Shown: positions 51,674 to 63,193, counted from the first letter of the stretch. The stretch: DNA of 64,000 nt from Selaginella moellendorffii (GCF_000143415.4 NW_003314404.1:186001-250000); one strand, 5' to 3'. Notes: generated by a model not told the origin, from the sequence alone. Numbers and translations are program-made.

Positions 51674-54457
51674 ATGGCGACGACGCAATGCCGCGGCAAG
51701 GCGGCCTCCATCGCCAAGGAGGCGGCGGCGGCTGCGCAAGCCGGGATGGCCACGGCCAGGGAGAAGCTGCCTCGGCCGATCGCACGCACGGAGCTCAACG
51801 GTGTGCTGGCCACGGATTGCGTGATGCAGTTTGGGGAGTACAAGGGGCGGAGCCTCGGATCGCTGCCGAGCGGCTACCTTGGCTACCTTGCCTCCAATCT
51901 CAGGTACCGCGATGGCGCCAAGCAAGAATGCGCGCAGCTAGCCGAGGGCGTGCTCCAGCTCCGTCGCGATTACCGCGCGTCCCAGGTCCATCTCAAGTAC
52001 CGCATCATCCACGCCGTGGACAGGAGCTTGAAGAGATCCAGCGCGGGCAATGCCCTGGCAGAGATTGATCGGCAGAACGTGAGCGATCCAGCGCTGGTCT
52101 ATGGATCGCTCCTCCGCCGGTGCTGCCGCCACAAATCCCTGGAAGAAGGTAGGAGAGTCCACAAGCACATTGCCGAGAATAATCTCATGGTGAACAGGTA
52201 CCTGGGCAACTTGGTGGTACACATGTATGCCCAGTGTGGCAAGTTCCTGGATGCCAAGGCGGTGTTCGACTCCATCGCCAGCAAGAACGACAGGACTTAC
52301 GCGATCATGATCGCGGCGTGCGTGAGGGAGGGCCGCCCCTTGCAAGCGCTGGAGCTCTGGGGGGAGATGGAGGAGCGAGGCATCGTCGCGGACAAGTTTA
52401 TAGTGACGAGCTTGGTGGCGGCTTGCACCAAGCTCCAGGCGCTCGAGGAGGGGCGGCGGCTCCACGAGCACCTGATCATCACGGGCTTCCGGACGGACAT
52501 CCCGCTCGAGACGGCCTTGCTCCAGATGTATGCTAAGTGTGGCAGCCTCGACGATGCGAAGAGGGTGTTTGAGGGGATGGAGATCAAGGACTTATTCGCG
52601 TGGTCGTCGATCATCGCGGCGTATGCTCGCGCCGGGCGGGGAGAGATGGCGGTGGTGCTGTACAGGAGGATGATCGCCGAGGGGGTGGAACCCAACGTGG
52701 TGACTTTCGCTTGCGCTCTTGGTGGCTGTGCTAGTGTTGCGGGCCTGGCTGATGGACGAGCGATCCACCAGAGGATTCTAGCGTCCAAGGTTCCGCAGGA
52801 CGATGTTCTACAGGACTCTCTGCTCAACATGTATCTCAAGTGTGACGAGATGGTGGAGGCCAGGAAGGTGTTCGAGGGGATGAAAGCCAGGAACGTCAGG
52901 TCCTACACGGCGATGATATCGGCCTACGTCCAGGCTGGGGAGCACGCGGAAGCTCTGGAGCTCTTCTCCAGGATGAGCAAGGTGGAGGCTATCGAACCGA
53001 ACGCTTATACGTTCGCCACCATCCTGGGTGCTGTTGAAGGGCTGGGGAACTTGGAGAAGGGGAGGAAGGTCCACAGGCACCTGGCTTCGCGGGGATTCGA
53101 CACGAACGTTGTCGTCCAGAACGCGCTGGTGACAATGTATGGGAAGTGTGGGAGCCCGGTGGAAGCTCGGAAGGTCTTCGACTCCATGACGGCTAGGAAC
53201 GTGATCTCCTGGACTTCGATGATTGCGGCCTACGCTCAGCATGGGAATCCACAGGAGGCTCTCAACCTTTTCAAGAGGATGGACGTGGAGCCGAGTGGTG
53301 TGAGCTTCTCCAGTGCTCTCAATGCCTGCGCACTGCTGGGAGCTTTGGACGAAGGCCGAGAGATTCATCACCGAGTTGTGGAAGCCAATCTCGCGTCCCC
53401 GCAGATGGAGACTTCCTTGCTCAGCATGTACGCGAGGTGTGGAAGCCTGGACGACGCGAGGCGCGTGTTTAACAGGATGAAGACGAGAGACGCCTTCTCT
53501 TGTAATGCGATGATCGCCGCCTTCACACAGCACGGTCGTAAGAAACAGGCACTCAGGATTTACAGGAAGATGGAGCAGGAAGGTATTCCAGCCGACGGAA
53601 TCACGTTCGTGAGCGTCCTGGTTGCTTGCAGCCATACTTCACTCGTGGCTGATTGTCGAGATTTCCTCCAGTCTTTGGTGATGGACCACGGGGTGGTACC
53701 ATTGGTGGAGCACTACCTTTGCATGGTGGACGTTCTGGGCCGCTCGGGAAGACTGGGAGATGCCGAAGAGCTGGTGGAAACTATGCCATATCAAGCAGAC
53801 GCAGTGGCCTGGATGACTTTACTGTCGGGTTGCAAGCGCCACGGTGACTTGGATCGTGGCGAGAGAGCCGCCAGGAAAGTTTTCGAGCTAGCACCGGCAG
53901 AGACTCTCCCTTACGTCTTCCTCTCCAACATGTACGCCGCTGCCAAGCGATTTGACGACGCTCGAAGAGTCCGGAAGGAGATGGAGGAGCGCGGAGTGAC
54001 GAGGCCAGTGGCAGTAAGCTACATCGAGATTGACAACGAGCTACACATGTTCACGAGTGGTGGTAGAGACGAGCAGCAGGAGGGTCACGACGGCCGGACG
54101 ATGGAGAGGGTCCGGTCCCTGCTGGTGGAACTTTTAGAGCCCATGAAGCAAGCTGGATACGTCCCCGACACGAGGGAAGTTTACTTGGAGCAGCAGGGTG
54201 TCACAAGCGAGGAGGAGAAACAACGTAGCCTGTGTTTCCACAGCGAAAGGCTTGCCATCGCCTACGGATTGATCGCTGCCAAAGATCCAGACGATTCTCG
54301 TCCGCTGAGAGTCGTCAACAGCCACCGGGTGTGCTCCGGCTGCCACTCTGCGATCAAGCTCCTCTCAGATATCACTGAGAAGAGGATTTTTGTGAGAGAT
54401 GGGAGCCGGTTCCACCACTTTGAGAAGGGAGCCTGCTCGTGTGGGGATCACTGGTGA
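51674..54457 (+). CDS. PLS-E-DYW PPR RNA-editing factor (927 aa) with extra N-terminal FGxYKG domain
   Basis: PLS array; E domains; GYVPDT, HSERLA, CSGCH, RFHHFEKGACSCGDHW deaminase motifs. Confidence 0.95.
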   Translation: MATTQCRGKAASIAKEAAAAAQAGMATAREKLPRPIARTELNGVLATDCVMQFGEYKGRSLGSLPSGYLGYLASNLRYRDGAKQECAQLAEGVLQLRRDYRASQVHLKYRIIHAVDRSLKRSSAGNALAEIDRQNVSDPALVYGSLLRRCCRHKSLEEGRRVHKHIAENNLMVNRYLGNLVVHMYAQCGKFLDAKAVFDSIASKNDRTYAIMIAACVREGRPLQALELWGEMEERGIVADKFIVTSLVAACTKLQALEEGRRLHEHLIITGFRTDIPLETALLQMYAKCGSLDDAKRVFEGMEIKDLFAWSSIIAAYARAGRGEMAVVLYRRMIAEGVEPNVVTFACALGGCASVAGLADGRAIHQRILASKVPQDDVLQDSLLNMYLKCDEMVEARKVFEGMKARNVRSYTAMISAYVQAGEHAEALELFSRMSKVEAIEPNAYTFATILGAVEGLGNLEKGRKVHRHLASRGFDTNVVVQNALVTMYGKCGSPVEARKVFDSMTARNVISWTSMIAAYAQHGNPQEALNLFKRMDVEPSGVSFSSALNACALLGALDEGREIHHRVVEANLASPQMETSLLSMYARCGSLDDARRVFNRMKTRDAFSCNAMIAAFTQHGRKKQALRIYRKMEQEGIPADGITFVSVLVACSHTSLVADCRDFLQSLVMDHGVVPLVEHYLCMVDVLGRSGRLGDAEELVETMPYQADAVAWMTLLSGCKRHGDLDRGERAARKVFELAPAETLPYVFLSNMYAAAKRFDDARRVRKEMEERGVTRPVAVSYIEIDNELHMFTSGGRDEQQEGHDGRTMERVRSLLVELLEPMKQAGYVPDTREVYLEQQGVTSEEEKQRSLCFHSERLAIAYGLIAAKDPDDSRPLRVVNSHRVCSGCHSAIKLLSDITEKRIFVRDGSRFHHFEKGACSCGDHW

Positions 54458-54636
54458 AGTTACGTTTCTTTATGTTTCACGTGGTGGGCACAGAGTTGGC
54501 GGCGACAAAGTCAGAACAAGAAAATCGTGCCGCATAAAGGTAGGTCGCAAAGTCAAGTTCCTATGTGGCGCACCTTGACTGACTGATGGATTGCAGGGCT
54601 CTCCGTCAAGAGAAGTGAAGTAGTAACAAGTTGCAG

Positions 54637-57018
54637 ATGATGGAACTCATGATCTGGCTGATCCTGTTGAGCACGCTTGGATCCTCTACAGCGTCACTCA
54701 ACGCACACAAAGCTGGGGTCTTGGTTGCATTGAAAAGGAGCCTCCTGGGACTGGGAAACACCTCAGACTGGACTGTGGAAAACTCCGATCGAGCATGCAC
54801 CGACTGGAAGGGAGTGATTTGCAACAGTGACGATTCAGAGGTGGTGGAGCTTCATCTGGCAGGAAATGGATTCACAGGTGAGATCTCGTCGCCGGCACTC
54901 GGGCAGCTGGCGAGTTTGCGAGTCTTGGACGTGAGCAAAAACCGGCTGGTCGGATCTCTTCCTGCGGAGCTCGGGCTGCTGCAAAGCTTGCAAGCTTTGG
55001 ACGTCTCGGGTAACAGACTGACTGGGAGCTTGCCTCGGGATCTCGGCAATTGCAGCGCTCTTCGTTTTCTCAACGCCCAGCAAAACCAGCTTCAAGGTCC
55101 GATACCGCCCCAGCTGGGAGCGCTCCAGAGGTTGGAGATACTCGTCCTGGACAACAACCGCTTGTCAGGTTCTCTTCCTCCGTCCCTTGCGAACTGCTCG
55201 AAGCTCCAGGAGATTTGGCTGACGAGCAATGGTGTTGAAGGGGAGATTCCGCAGGAAGTCGGGGCTATGCAGGAGCTGCGAGTATTCTTCGTGGAGAGAA
55301 ACCGGCTGGAAGGGCTCATTCCACCAGTTTTTGCAAACTGCTCGTCTCTCGAGCTCTTGGCACTCGGGGAGAATTCTCTGGGCGGGAGGATACCAGATGA
55401 GCTTGGACGGCTCGAAAACTTGGTGGCGCTCTCGCTGTATAGCTTGCAGCGGCTGGAGGGGCCAATTCCTCCTGAGATCGGCAACAACAGCAAGCTCGAG
55501 TGGTTTGATATCAACGGAAACTCGCTCATGCATGGCTCGATTCCAGTGTCGCTGCTTCAGCTCCCGCGCTTGGCCACCTTGCAACTCTTTCGTTTCAACA
55601 ACACCTCAGACCGTCCGGTCCCGGAACAGCTCTGGAACATGACTCAGCTCGAGTTTCTGGGAATGGGGACGACAAACAGCCGAGGGATCCTGTCACCGAT
55701 CGTCGGAAACTTGACAAGGCTTCGGTCGCTGGAACTTAACGGGAACCGCTTTGAAGGAAGCGTTCCGGACGAGCTGTCCAAGTGTCCCAGGATGGAGACG
55801 CTGATCCTCTCCAACAACAGACTCCTGGGAGGCGTTCCTCGATCGCTTGGCACGCTTGAGCGTCTCAGACTTTTAATGCTCGATGGAAACCAGCTCTCCG
55901 GAGCAATACCAGAGGAGCTCGGGAACTGCACCAACCTGGAAGAGCTGGTCCTCGAGAGGAACTTCTTACGTGGAGCAATACCAGAGTCCATCGCCAGGAT
56001 GGCAAAGCTTCGGAGTTTGCTCCTCTACGGAAACCAGCTCTCCGGAGTGATTCCAGCTCCAGCTTCGCCAGAGATAATCGACATGAGGCTGCACGGCAAC
56101 AGTTTTTCAGGCTCCATCCCTCCCTCCGTTGGCAACCTTTCCAAACTTTCCATACTCTATCTCTCCAACAACAAGCTGGACGGCTCCATCCCGGCCACTC
56201 TCGGACAGCTTCGACGATTGACACAGGTGGATTTCTCCGAGAACCAGCTCACGGGTGGTATTCCTGGCAGCCTCGCAAGCTGTGACTCCTTGCAGTTACT
56301 GGATCTATCCTCCAACCTCCTGAGTGGAGAGATTCCGGCGTCCATCGGTGAATGGACCGGCTTCCAGACCGCGGTCAAGAACCAGGCTCTCAACATATCG
56401 TCCATGACACCGGCGGGAGTGTTTCCGGAGAACTCCACCGATGCATACCGAAGAACTGTGTCCGAGGATATGGCTGCCGCCTTGGATGGACACACGTACC
56501 AGCAATACGCAAGGGAGTTAGAGGTGCCAGGAGTGCTCGACTTGTCGGCGAACCAGCTCACTGGTGAGATTCCCGCAAGCTTGGGAAAGCTGGCTGGAGT
56601 CCGGGAGCTCAACTTGTCGCACAACCGGCTGTCTGGAGACATTCCATGGACTCTGGGAGAGATGACGTCCATGGCCGTGCTGGATCTCTCTTTCAACCGG
56701 CTCAACGGGACGATACCAGGGGCACTGGCGAGGCTTCACTTGCTCAAGGATCTGAGGGTCGTGTTTAATGACTTGGAAGGCAAGATTCCAGAGACTCTGG
56801 AGTTTGGCGCATCGAGCTACGAGGGAAATCCAGGACTGTGCGGGGAGCCTCTCTCCCGGCCGTGCGAAGGAGATGGCCTCGTGGACGTGGGCGATGGTGC
56901 AACTTGGTGGAAGGAGAACGTCTCCAATGTGGCCTTTGTAGTGGGATTTCTTGGTGGGTTCTTCACGATGTTGTGGAGCGCCATCTTTTTATTTGTTTGC
57001 CAAAGTACTACAACCTAG
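54637..57018 (+). CDS. LRR receptor-like protein (no kinase) with island domain
   Basis: Signal peptide, CTDWKGVIC cap, >20 LRRs, non-LRR insert (GFQTAVKN...RELEVPG), 4 terminal LRRs, SYEGNPGLCGEPL cap, TM, ~6-aa tail; intronless. Confidence 0.92.
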   Translation: MMELMIWLILLSTLGSSTASLNAHKAGVLVALKRSLLGLGNTSDWTVENSDRACTDWKGVICNSDDSEVVELHLAGNGFTGEISSPALGQLASLRVLDVSKNRLVGSLPAELGLLQSLQALDVSGNRLTGSLPRDLGNCSALRFLNAQQNQLQGPIPPQLGALQRLEILVLDNNRLSGSLPPSLANCSKLQEIWLTSNGVEGEIPQEVGAMQELRVFFVERNRLEGLIPPVFANCSSLELLALGENSLGGRIPDELGRLENLVALSLYSLQRLEGPIPPEIGNNSKLEWFDINGNSLMHGSIPVSLLQLPRLATLQLFRFNNTSDRPVPEQLWNMTQLEFLGMGTTNSRGILSPIVGNLTRLRSLELNGNRFEGSVPDELSKCPRMETLILSNNRLLGGVPRSLGTLERLRLLMLDGNQLSGAIPEELGNCTNLEELVLERNFLRGAIPESIARMAKLRSLLLYGNQLSGVIPAPASPEIIDMRLHGNSFSGSIPPSVGNLSKLSILYLSNNKLDGSIPATLGQLRRLTQVDFSENQLTGGIPGSLASCDSLQLLDLSSNLLSGEIPASIGEWTGFQTAVKNQALNISSMTPAGVFPENSTDAYRRTVSEDMAAALDGHTYQQYARELEVPGVLDLSANQLTGEIPASLGKLAGVRELNLSHNRLSGDIPWTLGEMTSMAVLDLSFNRLNGTIPGALARLHLLKDLRVVFNDLEGKIPETLEFGASSYEGNPGLCGEPLSRPCEGDGLVDVGDGATWWKENVSNVAFVVGFLGGFFTMLWSAIFLFVCQSTTT

Positions 57019-57149
57019 ATTTGTATGATATTGCTTATTTGGTTTCTACTAGCTTTTAGGGTTGAAACAAATATTGGCGGGGATTCTTAAGGATGTTGTT
57101 GCAATCGCCTCTTAGGAAGCATGCAAGGCAAATCACTAGGCAAGTATCC

Positions 57150-58260
57150 TGCTTAAACCGGCTAAGAGCTCTTCGTTCCTAGATTACTACCTCAACTTTT
57201 GCAGTGTAAAAGTCCAGGCTCAATTCACTCTGATGGAACCGATAGACCTGGAGCACTTCATGCAGACTGAATATGAGGTGCTTCGAGGCTCTGTTTTTGA
57301 GGAGCTTTCCGTTGCTTACGTACTACTTGGAGCTATGCTGCCTAACAGTTCCTTTTTTACATTTACTAATTCTTCTTAGGTTGATATAATACATAAGATT
57401 AACGGTAGGCAAAATAACGACTATTAAGAGGAAGGAAATATTCTTTAGGATCTTTGCGAAGAAAAATGTTTGGGTCCAAAATGGCATGGCTTACTGTTAT
57501 TGACTCAACATTTCCTTTTAATTTTCACTGGATATGACCTATTTTAGAAACTGCAAATCTGAAGATCGGGGAAATCTTGAGGATTGCATGCGATGGTTGC
57601 CAGCCTTTGGAACCGAGACCAAGGTTGTTGCGATACTACAAAGGAGATTTGAAAATTGTTCTACTGGAGCAATTTTAAAAAAAAATGGTGGCAGAAATCT
57701 TTGTAAGGTTGGAGGGTATCTTTAAATATAAGAGTTATCTAGCAAGTAGTTTTAGAAAGGTGTGGAAGATAAGGTTTGTGATAGATGAAGATGGATGGGT
57801 AATAGGATGACTATACAATATATAATGGACAGAGTAGTCATGAAAGGATTTTGTTTAGCTTGTTTTTTTACTTTGACTTCAAATATTAGGTCATGGAGAA
57901 AAGGTGGGATAATTTTGTATATACATACCTTATATACATGTATCCCTTAGCTCTGAATATGGCATGTTCAATATCTATGCCGGTACCAGTAAGCTGCACG
58001 AGTTTGTACTCTGCTTCCTCCTGGTGGAATCGAACTATGACCAGTTCGGCTTCCAGAGCCACCACAACAAGTCCCGTATGGTAACAAAACAAGCTGTGAA
58101 AGGTTCGTTGCATATGCTTTTGTAGTTGCTCATACTTAAGGAACGAACAATGCAGGTATTGCTAGTGAAAAGCGTTGCTGCAGTAAAATGTTCCCGTTCC
58201 GTGTCAGAGGAGGTGAAGATTCCCAAGGGTGTCAAGATTGTCAATGACATCGAGCGAAAC
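57150..58260 (+). pseudogene. second Crinkler-related relic; 57970-58240 is paralogous to ~19598-19880
   Basis: Clear DNA similarity (gagtttgtactctgcttcctcctgg..gaatcgaactatgac..ttcggcttccagagc); 57150-57360 reads ...YYLNFCSVKV...LEHFM...LRGSVFEELS. Confidence 0.5.
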
Positions 58261-60702
58261 GGTGAAGTGTGCGAAACTAACTTTTTTTATCCAGGGAAGG
58301 GAGTGTGAACAAGAAGCGGAAGTTTGCCTTCTGTTTAAAGTGATCTATCTGTCTCTTCAATACACTTTCTGCTGCAGTGAAGCAAGCTCCTTAACCTTAA
58401 CACTCCATGGTATATCCTTTGGAGCGATACATGGAAGATTAGCAGCATCAAGCTGAACATGCCACATTTGTCATTTGTTGGGTCATATTTGACATCAGTC
58501 TAGAAAAAAAACTGCATAAATTTCTGTTGCAGTCTAAATGTCCAACATTCAAGTCTCATCCAGCTCATGTAACAACTTGATTTCTTCAGCAAACCAAAAT
58601 CATTTGTATTCTTAGTCTCATTTCCAGGTTCCTCAGTGTATATCTCTTAATCTTTGATTATTTTGCTTTTATTTATTAATTACTAGTTTTTTCTGATATT
58701 TTATTTTCGTTAGCTTAGATCACTAAGATTGTTGTGGGCGTCCTAATTAAATACTAGTAAAATATCCCACTGATATCATTGTAATCATAGTCTGCTGGGT
58801 TGCTCTTGTTCATATCTCTCTCGGGGAGCATTAACTTTCTTTATGAGGAAGCAATGTCAGCGTGTGTGAAGATTTGCTTGAGTAATCGCGGGCTTAGATT
58901 CTAGAGGTAGGGCATCATGGATATCACTTTATAGGTATTTTCATTTCATTTAAGAGAGGAAAATATATTTTTAAACAAGCACTAATTTGTATTATGTCCT
59001 AAGGTACTGTACCCAGGGACATGAGCGGGTTGGAGTAAATGGGAGGTACGCATGAATCAGTGTATGCGCACATCAACGAGCTGAGGAACATGTTGGACGA
59101 GGGCAAGTCTTCGTTCTTCTGCATTTCTCAAACTAGTGAAGCACAGGCATCCATTACAGCATGCCTTGTCCAGGCATCGTGCACGGGGAAGTCGCCAGCT
59201 GGGAGTTTACGTCTGCTACTGCAGCCTTGCGAGCGTACATTCTTCGGCTTATCCTCCTCGGACCCCGGAGCTCGCAGACAAGCTTGCAAGCTACAGCACC
59301 GAGGATTCCATGGTGCTCTATCTCGAGCAAGTCCTGGGGGAGGAGCTGGATGGGAAGTCTCCGCTTAGGGCTCTGCTCCAGTCCTCATAACTTGGTTCGA
59401 ACACGTGGAACAAATCAAACGTGACAAATAACGTCATATGTATTTTATACGGCTATGAGAGGCATGATGGGATTGGTAACGTAAGGCGTGCGCCGGGTCC
59501 TCCGGCACTGCGACATGGACTCGGAGTTTAGGGGCTGCATTCTTCCGGCAGTTCCCTCTGGTGAGGTACTCAAGAATGTCATGCATTGCCTTCAAAGTCT
59601 GGATCGAAGTACCGATCAGCGAGCTGCGGGTCTTGCATCACGGGTCATTCAAGGGCTATATTTTGAGAGTGTGTCATTTATGAAGGAACGAGCTTGAGCT
59701 GCAGCATGCCAACTGACATGCGGATGTTCTGCAGGAACTGGTGTGATCCCCAGCATTGAAGGCCCAGCTTTCTCCGTCAAGATTACTGTCTCGAAAGCTC
59801 CAATCCGAGCAGGAAAGCTGGCATGGTGAAGCCGAGCAGAATGGTAGTCCTTGTTCTTGTCATCCAGGGCCTGTCGAAGAATGGCTACAAGCCGTCTCAG
59901 CTGACAAGCTTAAATGCGAGTTCGGTGTTTTGGACGTAGATATCGGGATCGTCACGCTGCTGGTCTTTCTACAGGAGCCAAAGCTGGTTAGTCCCTCAAA
60001 CTGGGTGTTATGGACCGAAGGTAAAGGTGAAGACGGCCATATCCATTTGACGTGCTTCGGGCTGGGAGACAACTTTATGTTGCTAGTTGCTCCAGAAGAT
60101 ACTGGTGGCGGTGCCAGATCCACTAGTTGGCGCGGACGATGATGAGCTTAAGAACCTGCTGTCGGACAGATTTGAGGTTGCAGAGTGCTAGTAGAGAAAC
60201 GGTATGCCCGTCCATTTGAATAAGTTTTAGGGGCTTTCGTGCTCACATTACCAAAAGTAAGGTTACTTTGTGGCTTTGACTGACTGGTGTATTGCAGAGC
60301 CCTCCCGGAAGAATGTGTTATGAGAAAACCGTGGAAAGCCAAACTATCGTTCAAATTCAAGCGTGTCAATTCTAGAAAGCAAGTTGCACATAATGTTCAA
60401 ACCAAAAAGTCTGACACGCTTGAATTTTCTATTCTTTGGTTGGTTGATATGAAGGAAGAATGGACAGTGGCCGGCTGACGAGTTTGCGAGTTTTGGACGT
60501 GAGCTAGTGGCTATATTTTCCTCAAAACGAGATCCAAGGTAATACAAGTCGTAGATCTCCATGCGTAGCCTTGGAGTTTATTTCAATTCTCACAGTTGAA
60601 CCAAACTTTTGCTAGAATCACTGTTCCACCGTAGAATATATGGAACTTCCAGCTGTATAAAGAAGCAATTTCCCAATTGGCAGCGTAAGAGGTTTTGCGT
60701 TC

Positions 60703-62236
60703 ATGGAAATCCTCCCAGTTGTGCTCTTTGTAGCTTTTATTCTCTTCTTAGTTCTATCATGGAGCTACAGATCTTTCAAAAACCTCCCCCCAGGCCCATG
60801 GGGACTGCCCCTGATCGGCCACCTTCATTTACTGGCGGGAAAGCCCCCACATAGGAGTTTACAATCTATCTCCAGAAAGTATGGCCCCATTGTGTTCTTG
60901 AAGATGGGAATGACGCCCACTGTGGTTATCTCTAGCCAGAAGATAATCAAGGAAGTATTTACCACACACGACATAAAGTTTGGTTCCAGGCCATACATGG
61001 TTTTAGGCGACCACTTCAGCTATAACTATTCGGGACTTGGAACTTCTCCATATGGGAAGTACTGGAAAGACACTCGCAAGCTGTGTTCCATGGAGCTCTT
61101 CACAGCCAAGTCCATCGATTCATTTGCATGGATGAGAAAGGAGGAGCTCTCCCATGCCTTGGGAGAGATCTTAAAGTCTTTCAGCAACAGCAAGCCCGTG
61201 GAAATAAGATCGCTGTTCTCCATTTTTGCTTTCAACAATATGTCCAGGATTTTGATGAGCAAGAGGTACTTTGGTGAAGACGAAGTCGACTCCGACGCTT
61301 TAGAATTCAAAGAGATTCTGCTCTCCATTGTCGACCTGGTGATCAATCCCTCGTGCATTAGCACCCTCGTACCGTGGTATTTAAGATGGCTGGACTGGCA
61401 GATCCCTCGGTACAAGCAAATCCATGCGAAACAAGAGAAGTTCTTGCGAAAGATCATTGACGAGCACAAGGAAACGACACGGGAATGCAAGGACTTCCTT
61501 GATATCATGCTTGAGTTCTACGGAAATAATGCCCAGGGGGAAACACACGTTAAAGCAAATCTGTTGGTAAGACTTCTTCTTATGTACTTTGTGATTGCTA
61601 TAACTTTCATTCCAGGAGATGCTTATGGCTGGGACTGACGCTACTGCTACCACAAGCGAATGGATCATGGCCTTGGTGATGCATAATCCTCGGGTTTTGA
61701 TCAAGCTCCGGGAGGAGCTTGACCGAGTCGTAGGCAGTGACCAGATGGTCCAAGAATCCGACATCCCAAAGCTCGACTATCTCCAGCTTGTTCTCAAGGA
61801 GACACTTAGAATGTATCCTCCAGGAGTGCTCCTTTTCCCACGCATGGCCACCCAGGAAGCCACAATTGCCGGTTATACCGTTCCAAAGGGAACCACTCTC
61901 CTGGTGAATGTTTGGGCTGTGCATATGGATTCGGCAGTGTGGGAGAATCCCACCCAGTTTTACCCAGAGCGCTTCTTGGGGAGCTCCATCGATTTCAAAG
62001 GCCAAAACTTTGAGCTCCTCCCGTTTGGATCCGGTCGTAGAATGTGCCCTGGAATGCCCTTGGGATTGCGAACAGTGGAGCTGCTGGTGGCCAATCTCAT
62101 TCACGGCTTTGATTGGAGCTTTGTGCCAGGGACAATACCATCCATAGAGGAGGTTTACAATGGCTCTTGCTACCTCAAGACTCCGCTGCAAGCCATGGCC
62201 ACTCCAAGGCTGCCGATGGAAGTGTATGGCAACTAG
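60703..62236 (+). CDS. cytochrome P450, CYP71 clan (A-type); intron 61567-61615
   Basis: N-terminal anchor, PPGPWGLPLIGHLH, I-helix AGTDAT, ETLR, PERF, PFGSGRRMCPG heme motif. Confidence 0.95.
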
Positions 62237-63134
62237 GTCAAGTAAAACAATAAAGGGAAAGTTTTTTTATATTAGGTTTATAACTAAAAATCAATAGGTT
62301 AAATTGGTGCATCAATTATTACCACATTAACCACAACATCCACAACAAAATTTTCATTTCTCTTTCTCGAGATTTTCAATGTGAATTTATATTTTTCTTA
62401 AACATCTTAAAAGTTTATGAGTTTTTAATGGCAACATACTATCCATTTTCAAATGCTCAATATCAATAGGATAAAAATACCCACATGTAACATATATTAG
62501 TGTGCATGCTCATTTTTTTATAACATTGCACTAATTGTGTGATTACAAGGCAATCTAAAGCATAAGCAAGACTATGTTAGTATATTCACCACATCAGTAT
62601 ACTTGTGCATTTATATTTTGAATATAGTAGGATTTAAAGGCTTACATTGTTCATTAATTTTGGTTATAATATTATATGTTAATTATTTTGCATCAAATGT
62701 TTTCAAACATCACAAAGATAAGCATATTTCAACTTTAAATTAATTACATATTCAAAGACTCTAAAATATTACTTGTTAAATATCTAAATCATTGTCCTTT
62801 AAAAAAATGCAATTGTTTTAATTTGGCTCTAAAACATTTAACACTCAAAAAGTAAAATTTGGATTTTTATTATGAATTTTTGCCATAATTGCATTAAATT
62901 TCAAAGGTGTAAATATGTAAAATGTTTTCCAAACAAGTGAATAAATTTGAAATTTTTAAACATTTTGTGCAAATTCTTAATAAAATGCCTCATGAAAAGT
63001 CCATTATATACATTATTAAACATTGATTGAACACCTTTTAATATGTTTTTTACCATTTAAAGAGGAAATTGTAAGGTGTATTATTATTTTGATATAAGTT
63101 TTAATCAACATTTCAAATGTAAAATACTAAATCC

Positions 63135-63159
63135 AATAATAATAATAATAATAATAATA

Positions 63160-63193
<34 letters not shown>
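63135..63193. repeat. (AAT)n(TAT)n palindromic microsatellite ending a ~950 bp AT-rich tract
   Basis: aataataat...aattattatt...tat; self-complementary. Confidence 0.9.
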
